Shown: positions 58,104 to 64,000 of the stretch, piece after piece
Position numbering within the stretch: position 1 is the first letter of the stretch
Layout of the letters: the number at the start of each line of letters is the position of its first letter
Assembly (NCBI GenBank): GCA_964642015.1
Contig: CAZXLF010000005.1
Coordinates: 75,847 to 139,846, forward strand
From: an uncultured Planctomycetia bacterium
GTDB taxonomy: Bacteria; Omnitrophota; Gorgyraeia; 2-02-FULL-51-18
DNA length: 64,000 nt
Reading direction: 5' to 3'
Position numbers and translations under genes: made by a program
Notes under the pieces: model-generated
The model's input: only the letters and a program-made list of their open reading frames with translations
Told to the model about the DNA's origin: nothing
The model's database searches: none

Positions 58104-59550
58104 GCGCGGGAAACTTATGCTAAAATTCTTAAGAAAAAAGCACAATCAAAAGCGTATCTATATTATTCTAGCGATCACGATCATTCCGCCGTTCCTCTTC
58201 TGGGGTGTGATCACATCCCAAAAAGACTCAAAAGTACCTTCAACCGTCGGTGTCATCGACAACAGGAAAATATCTCTTCGCGAATATCTTAATAGCTATA
58301 AAGCCGTCCAACACGAAATGGCTTTCATGTACGGCGATAAATTAAAAGAAGCTGCCGCGATGATCAATTTCAAGGGTGAAGCGTGGGACCGCCTGCTTCT
58401 TTTGCATTACGCAAAAAAACAAAATATTAAAACCACAGACAATGAAGTGGTTGACTGGATCTCTCAACAGCCCGTTTTTCAGAGCCACGGCCAATTCGAT
58501 ACGAACGTCTATAAGCTATATGTCACCCGCTACCTGCGTTCAAACGAAAGAGACTTTGAGGAAGAGATCCGAGACATCTTAACGATCGAAAAGGTCTCGG
58601 ATCAAGTAAGATCCAACGTCGATCTAAAAGACAGCGACCTCAAAAACCTCTACATTGACGAAAATGCTGAACGGGACATCGTGTACGGCGTTGTATCATG
58701 GGAATCCGAAAAAGAAAACGTAAAAGTCGATGATAATGACGTTAAAAATATCTATCCTATCGTCAAAGATAAGCTCACTGAGCCTGAAAAAGTGAAGATC
58801 AGTTATCTCTTTGTGCCCAAAGAGAAAATAGACGCTTCCAAATCCATTCTTGATGAAAAAGATTTGCCGATGGGTTCGCTGGCTTCTAAATATTCCCTCA
58901 ATATCAAGGAAACTGGTTACTTTTCAAAGAACGACGCTGTGCCTGATATCGGATTATCTCCTGAAGTGTTGTTTGCAAGCTTCTCTCTGCCGGTAGACCA
59001 GGAAAGCGATTGGATCCGCGTGGATAACGGCGCTTATAAGATAAAAGTAACGGACAAAAAAAGCGAACGGCCTTTAAGTCTTGATGAGGCGAAGGATTCC
59101 CTTAAGAAAATCATATTGAAACAAAAAGCCATTGACGCGGCTGTCGCAAAACTCAATGATTTGAAGAAAAAAATGACCGGAAACGATCTCGAAAAATTTC
59201 TCAAAGATAATTCAATAGAAGCCAAACACGCCGATAAATTCAAAAAAGGTTCTTATCTGCCGGGCGTCGGGCCTTCTCAAACCGTCGACGAGACTATTAT
59301 CAAACTTAAAGAAGGCGAGGTCAGCTCCGCATTCGCCACGCCAGATGGGGCAGGCATACTAAAAATAGTGAAAAATTGGGCTATTGATGAAAAGAAATTT
59401 GAACAGGAAAAAGAAGAGTTCAGAAAAAAAATGACCGCCCAAAAAGCACAGAAACAAATGAAAGAACTTATAGAAAAACTAAGGAATCAATTGAAGATCG
59501 ATATGGACACCATGCAGAAGATCTTTGCCGAAGAAAAACCCGCCGTTTAA
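58075..59550 (+). CDS. PpiD/SurA-like periplasmic chaperone (membrane-anchored).
   Basis: N-terminal TM helix ([19 protein letters not shown]) and a large periplasmic region. 5' end uncertain. Confidence 0.6.
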   Translation: MPKAMASGIMRGKLMLKFLRKKHNQKRIYIILAITIIPPFLFWGVITSQKDSKVPSTVGVIDNRKISLREYLNSYKAVQHEMAFMYGDKLKEAAAMINFKGEAWDRLLLLHYAKKQNIKTTDNEVVDWISQQPVFQSHGQFDTNVYKLYVTRYLRSNERDFEEEIRDILTIEKVSDQVRSNVDLKDSDLKNLYIDENAERDIVYGVVSWESEKENVKVDDNDVKNIYPIVKDKLTEPEKVKISYLFVPKEKIDASKSILDEKDLPMGSLASKYSLNIKETGYFSKNDAVPDIGLSPEVLFASFSLPVDQESDWIRVDNGAYKIKVTDKKSERPLSLDEAKDSLKKIILKQKAIDAAVAKLNDLKKKMTGNDLEKFLKDNSIEAKHADKFKKGSYLPGVGPSQTVDETIIKLKEGEVSSAFATPDGAGILKIVKNWAIDEKKFEQEKEEFRKKMTAQKAQKQMKELIEKLRNQLKIDMDTMQKIFAEEKPAV

Positions 59551-60005
59551 GCCCTCTTGCTCAGCAGGTCCTTTAATTCTTTCATGAACTGATTGATATC
59601 TTTGAATTGCCGATACACTGAAGCAAAACGCACATAAGCCACTTCATCAAGCTTGTGAAGGTAATCCATCACAAGCTCTCCGATCACTTCCGCCTTCACT
59701 TCCTTATCGAAGCTTTTCTGCAATTCTTTTTCGACTTTATCAACGACCGCTTCCACTTTTTCCATGCTGACCGGCCGTTTTTCGCAGGCTTTTAAAATAC
59801 CCGAGATGATCTTATTGCGGTCAAACGCTTCGCGGCGACCGTCCTTTTTGATGACCATTAGCGGTACTTCCTCAATATATTCATAAGTGGTGAAACGGCG
59901 TTTGCATTTCATGCATTCGCGGCGACGGCGCACACTTTTATCTTCATTGGAAGAACGTGAATCGATGACCTTGTCTTCGACGAATCCGCAAAAGGGACAT
60001 TTCAT
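59547..60005 (-). CDS. nrdR: Transcriptional repressor NrdR.
   Basis: MKCPFCGF...CMKC zinc ribbon plus an ATP-cone. Confidence 0.95.
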   Translation of the reverse strand: MKCPFCGFVEDKVIDSRSSNEDKSVRRRRECMKCKRRFTTYEYIEEVPLMVIKKDGRREAFDRNKIISGILKACEKRPVSMEKVEAVVDKVEKELQKSFDKEVKAEVIGELVMDYLHKLDEVAYVRFASVYRQFKDINQFMKELKDLLSKRA

Positions 60006-61279
60006 CGTGATTTTCCTTTCGATAAAAGTTCGGAATCCAGAAGTTCGGGATAAAGCGGAAACCTTTCTGTCAAATTCCGGACCGCTGCACGTACCTCTGA
60101 GATCGTTTTCTGAGATCCAATATCCGATAACACCTTTCCAATAAGGTTCGCGATCTCGGCCATTTCTTTCTCCTTCATGCCTCGCGTGGTCACAGCCGGC
60201 GTGCCCAAGCGAATACCGCTGGCCGTAAAAGGGCTTTCCGTGTCAAACGGGATCGTATTCTTGTTCACCGTGATCGCAGCCAGATCAAGCGCCGCAGCAG
60301 AATCTTTTCCGGTCAGCCCGCGCTTGCGGACATCGACCAACATCAGGTGATTGTCGGTTCCACCCGAAACTAAACGAAAACCCTGCTTGATCAGTGCCTC
60401 AGCAAGCGCTTTTGCGTTCTTAACGATCTGATTTTGATAAACTTTAAAACTCGGCTCAAGCGCCTCCTTTAATGCCACGGCCTTTCCGGCAATCACATGC
60501 ATCAGCGGCCCGCCTTGTAAACTTGGGAAAACTTCGGAATCAATTTTTTTAGCAAATTCATTCCGACAGAAAATAATGCCTCCGCGCGGTCCGCGGAGCG
60601 TTTTGTGGGTCGTGGTCGTCACAAATTCAGCATGAGGTATAGGGCTAGGATGCGCACCGGCTGCTACAAGTCCCGCGATATGCGCCATATCCACGAATAA
60701 AAATGCGCCAACTTTATCGCAGATCTTACGGAAACGCGCAAAATCGATCACTCTCGGATACGCAGATGCGCCTGCCAAGATCATTTTCGGCTTATGTTCA
60801 TTCGCAAGCGACTCGACTTCATCATAATCGATTTTCTCGTCTTTTTGGCTTACTCCATAAGGAACTATTTTGAAAAATTTCCCTGAAAAATTCATCGGAT
60901 GGCCGTGTGTCAGATGGCCACCATGAGAAAGGTTCATCGCAAGCACCGTATCTCCGGGCTTCAGCATTGAAAAATAAACCGCTGCGTTCGCCTGAGAACC
61001 CGAATGCGGCTGCACGTTCACATGTTCAGCGCCAAAAAGCTTCTTTGCTCTTTCGATCGCCGAATTTTCCGCTATATCCACAAATTCACAGCCGCCATAC
61101 CAACGTTTGCCCGGATATCCTTCTGCATACTTATTGGTCAGCACCGAACCGACCGCTTCCATGACCGCGAGACTTGTGAAATTCTCACTGGCGATCAGCT
61201 CAATGTTCTCATTTTGCCTTTGTATCTCTTTGGAAATGGCTTTGGCTATCTCTGGATCTGTTTCGAATAACGTGCTCAT
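60002..61279 (-). CDS. glyA: Serine hydroxymethyltransferase.
   Basis: SHMT family. PLP site [14 protein letters not shown]. Confidence 0.95.
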   Translation of the reverse strand: MSTLFETDPEIAKAISKEIQRQNENIELIASENFTSLAVMEAVGSVLTNKYAEGYPGKRWYGGCEFVDIAENSAIERAKKLFGAEHVNVQPHSGSQANAAVYFSMLKPGDTVLAMNLSHGGHLTHGHPMNFSGKFFKIVPYGVSQKDEKIDYDEVESLANEHKPKMILAGASAYPRVIDFARFRKICDKVGAFLFVDMAHIAGLVAAGAHPSPIPHAEFVTTTTHKTLRGPRGGIIFCRNEFAKKIDSEVFPSLQGGPLMHVIAGKAVALKEALEPSFKVYQNQIVKNAKALAEALIKQGFRLVSGGTDNHLMLVDVRKRGLTGKDSAAALDLAAITVNKNTIPFDTESPFTASGIRLGTPAVTTRGMKEKEMAEIANLIGKVLSDIGSQKTISEVRAAVRNLTERFPLYPELLDSELLSKGKSR

Positions 61280-61761
61280 TTTTTTCTTCTTGCCTTTTGT
61301 GTGCTTGGTTTCTTTGTCCCACAGATCTTTTTTTCAAAGCGGCTGATCTGGTCCACTCTTCTTTTATGCCGTCCACCCTCAAAACCTGACTCAAGCCAGG
61401 TGCGTACGATGAGTTCTGGGTCGTCGAATAGATGTTCCGACCCAAGCACCAAAATATTGGCATTGTTATGAAGCCGGGAAAGTATCGCCACGTTCTTGTC
61501 AAAACAAATGGCCGCGCGCACATTGGGCAGCTTATTGGCCATCATAGCCATGCCGTTCCCGCTTTTACAGATCAAAATCCCTAGGTCCGCTTTCTTATCT
61601 GAAACCGCTTTGGCGACTTTATAGGCAAAAACCGGATAATCGCATGCTTCAGCGGTTCTAGTGCCAAAATCGGTTGTCTTATGCCCTTCCATTATCAGAA
61701 ACTTATTGATATCGCCTTTAAGGGCGAACCCGCCGTGATCAGCTCCCAATGCAATTTTCAT
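61276..61761 (-). CDS. rpiB: Ribose-5-phosphate isomerase B.
   Basis: Begins [15 protein letters not shown]. The start was moved to this Met. Confidence 0.85.
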   Translation of the reverse strand: MKIALGADHGGFALKGDINKFLIMEGHKTTDFGTRTAEACDYPVFAYKVAKAVSDKKADLGILICKSGNGMAMMANKLPNVRAAICFDKNVAILSRLHNNANILVLGSEHLFDDPELIVRTWLESGFEGGRHKRRVDQISRFEKKICGTKKPSTQKARRKK

Positions 61762-61778
61762 AATCCACCTCGCTGGAT

Positions 61779-62237
61779 TTATAGGTTTTCCGCTAATTTT
61801 TTGACGCATTCACGTATCACAGACAATACATTGATATAAAAACTATCCGACATGTGGATCGGATCCGGGATATCGATCTCGCCGGTATGTCCCAGATCTG
61901 TCTTGTGATATTCCCCCAACAAAAAAACTTTGCTTTTAGCATCCGGCACAAAACGCAGGATCCAGTCTTTGTGCATCTTTTCCATAACAAATATTTTATC
62001 CGCAGCTCGTACCATATCGGCCTTGAGCCGCTGGCTTTGATGTTCAGAAACATCCACGCCCTCGTCGTGCATGACTTTGACCGTCTCAGGTGACGCCGGA
62101 AAACCATCCATCGCGCTGATGCCCGCCGACAAAACTTCAAACTGATCCGCGCGATCGCGGACCATTTTTTTGAACAGGCCTTCGGCCATCACCGAGCGGC
62201 AGCTATTGCCGGTACAAACAAAAAGGATCTTTTTCAC
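61779..62237 (-). CDS. Low-molecular-weight protein-tyrosine phosphatase / ArsC-like.
   Basis: CTGNSCRS P-loop (CX5R). Confidence 0.8.
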   Translation of the reverse strand: MKKILFVCTGNSCRSVMAEGLFKKMVRDRADQFEVLSAGISAMDGFPASPETVKVMHDEGVDVSEHQSQRLKADMVRAADKIFVMEKMHKDWILRFVPDAKSKVFLLGEYHKTDLGHTGEIDIPDPIHMSDSFYINVLSVIRECVKKLAENL

Positions 62238-62729
62238 TTACAGATTAATTTCCTTGCTTAAGATTTTTTTACGATTATCATCTTTGTATTTAGCCAAAGT
62301 TTTTTCCAATTTCGCATCTTCCAAAGCCAAGATCCGCGCCGCCAAGAACGCCGCGTTCTTAACGCCTCCGGAACCAACCGCGACGGTGCCCACCGGCGTT
62401 CCTGCGGGCATTTGCACGGTGGAAAGCAATGAATCCATTCCTTTAAAGGATGAAGTCTCAACGGGAATACCAATAACGGGTAAAAGCGTATTTGCCGCCG
62501 CGACACCTGCCAGATGAGCAGCGCCGCCGGCTGCGGCGATGATCACTTTGAAACCATTTTTCTTGGCAGATTTCACAAATTCGACAGCCTCGTCGGGCGT
62601 GCGGTGCGCGGACAAAACTTTGGCTACGAATGGGATCTCCAATTCCCTTAGGACTTCTCCGCAGGGTTTGAGCAAGGGCGCATCCGAATCACTGCCCATC
62701 AATATTGCAACAATTGGCTTCATATTCAC
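62238..62729 (-). CDS. purE: N5-carboxyaminoimidazole ribonucleotide mutase.
   Basis: VAILMGSDSD...IIAAAGGAAHL. Confidence 0.9.
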   Translation of the reverse strand: MNMKPIVAILMGSDSDAPLLKPCGEVLRELEIPFVAKVLSAHRTPDEAVEFVKSAKKNGFKVIIAAAGGAAHLAGVAAANTLLPVIGIPVETSSFKGMDSLLSTVQMPAGTPVGTVAVGSGGVKNAAFLAARILALEDAKLEKTLAKYKDDNRKKILSKEINL

Positions 62730-62757
62730 TCCTTCGTAATTTAAAATTTAAATAAGA

Positions 62758-64000
62758 TTACCTTAGAACTCTTGTAGCTTTATATCCAATGTCCTTACGG
62801 TAATACATCTTGTCAAAAAAGATCATATCGACGGCGCTATAGGTCCTTGAAAGCGCTTCAAAGATCCCTCGGCCGGTTCCCACCACGTTCAGCACTCGGC
62901 CGCCGGCTGTCAAAAGATCGCCATTCTGGCGTTTCGTGCCCGCGTGAAAAACATGGATACCCGGCTGTTCTTTAGCGGCAGATAAACCGGCGATCTTTTT
63001 GCCAACGTCGTAATTTTCAGGATAACCTTCTGCGGCGATCACAACGCACACGCAATGTTCTTCCTTCAATTCTATTTTTATTTGCGAAAGACGGGTTTCA
63101 ACCGTCGCCAAAAAAATTTCAAGAAGATCATTTTTTAAGCGAGGCAATATGACCTGCGTTTCGGGATCGCCCAATCGGGCATTGAATTCCAGAACTCTGA
63201 AGCCCTGAGCGGTGATCATGATGCCGGCATAAAGAAAACCTTTGAATGGGTTTCCAAGAACTTGGAATTCTTTAACGATCGGATAAAACACTTTATCCAG
63301 AATCTCCTTCTCCATCGCCTCTGTGACTACCGGTGCCGGCGAATATGCTCCCATGCCGCCGGTATTGGGGCCGTGATCGCCTTCAAATATTCTTTTATGG
63401 TCTTGGCTCGACGGCAAAAGTTGGACCGTGTAACCATCAGTCACCGCGATCACAGAAGCTTCTTCTCCTTCAAGGCATTCCTCAATCACCACTTTTTCCC
63501 CCGCTTTTCCGAAAACTTTTTTTACCATATCCAAATGGATCGCTTCCATCGCCTTAGGCAAAGATGTCGTGACGGCCACGCCTTTACCGCCGGCCAATCC
63601 ATCGACTTTGATGACAATGGGCACTCCTTTTTTGGCCACATAATTCATCGCTTTATCGGCATTATCAAATACCTCGAACTCACCCGTCGGAATAGAAAGT
63701 TTTTGCATCATCTGCTTCGCAAACGCTTTTGATCCTTCCAGCTGAGCCGCGAATTTATTCGGTCCAAAAATTTTTATCCCCTCTTTTTGAAAACGATCGA
63801 CAATACCCTCGACCAACGGCGCTTCAGGACCAACAACGACAAGATCGATCGCTTCCCGTTTGCAAAATTTTAAAAGCCCTTCCTGATCTTTAGCCGGAAT
63901 ATCCAAAAGCTGTGCAAATTCTTCCATGCCCGCATTCCCCGGAGCTGCATAAAGCTTTGTTAGTTTCGGGCTCTGGGATAATTTCCAGCAGATCGCATGT
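62758..64000 (-). CDS. purD: Phosphoribosylamine-glycine ligase; the 5' end lies beyond the window.
   Basis: The frame continues upstream of the ORF-track Met, reading ...YAAPGNAGMEEF and matching the PurD N-domain. ATP-grasp core. Confidence 0.9.
   Translation of the reverse strand, partial: HAICWKLSQSPKLTKLYAAPGNAGMEEFAQLLDIPAKDQEGLLKFCKREAIDLVVVGPEAPLVEGIVDRFQKEGIKIFGPNKFAAQLEGSKAFAKQMMQKLSIPTGEFEVFDNADKAMNYVAKKGVPIVIKVDGLAGGKGVAVTTSLPKAMEAIHLDMVKKVFGKAGEKVVIEECLEGEEASVIAVTDGYTVQLLPSSQDHKRIFEGDHGPNTGGMGAYSPAPVVTEAMEKEILDKVFYPIVKEFQVLGNPFKGFLYAGIMITAQGFRVLEFNARLGDPETQVILPRLKNDLLEIFLATVETRLSQIKIELKEEHCVCVVIAAEGYPENYDVGKKIAGLSAAKEQPGIHVFHAGTKRQNGDLLTAGGRVLNVVGTGRGIFEALSRTYSAVDMIFFDKMYYRKDIGYKATRVLR

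Overview
This is a dense bacterial chromosomal window with almost every gene on the minus strand. The organism is diderm: an LPS lipid A cluster (lpxI, lpxA, lpxC-fabZ fusion, lpxD, skp, bamA, lpxB, msbA-like), ExbB/ExbD, and a near-complete type II secretion system are all present. The T2SS operon (about 2.7-14.6 kb) runs gspE-F-G-H-I-J-K-L-M, then a small MerR-like HTH ORF, an ATPase-only ExeA-like gene, a GspC/PilP-like gene, the secretin gspD and a coiled-coil membrane protein. A secreted subtilisin-like S8 protease lies next to the secretin and runs off the window edge. Between the T2SS and a glycan-synthesis block (GT2, SDR, GT87/DUF2029) is the most unusual region. It carries a secreted TPR 'SGLGL'-repeat protein, a 1265-aa Sec-signal Rhs/YD-repeat polymorphic toxin with a distinct C-terminal tip after the DPFGL motif, and two AT-rich small secreted ORFs (candidate immunity proteins). 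Next come a GC-rich repeat-containing structured intergenic element (15.56-15.87 kb), a thioredoxin-fold protein and an alpha/beta-hydrolase gene remnant. The remainder is housekeeping. That portion holds tRNA-Ser(GCU), tRNA-Ser(UGA), serS, tRNA-Lys, frr, pyrH, tsf, rpsB, glnA and an atypical OmpR-type regulator lacking the phospho-Asp. It also holds dnaB, rplI, rpsR, ssb, rpsF, pth, rplY, prs, glmU, clpX, tRNA-Gln, ispE, an FtsH-like protease, hisG, a PpiD-like chaperone, nrdR, glyA, rpiB, purE and partial purD. Several small elements are missed by the ORF track: a 31-aa Arg/Lys-rich ORF, the MerR-like ORF, the hydrolase fragment and four tRNAs. No CRISPR array, transposase or integrase was recognised.
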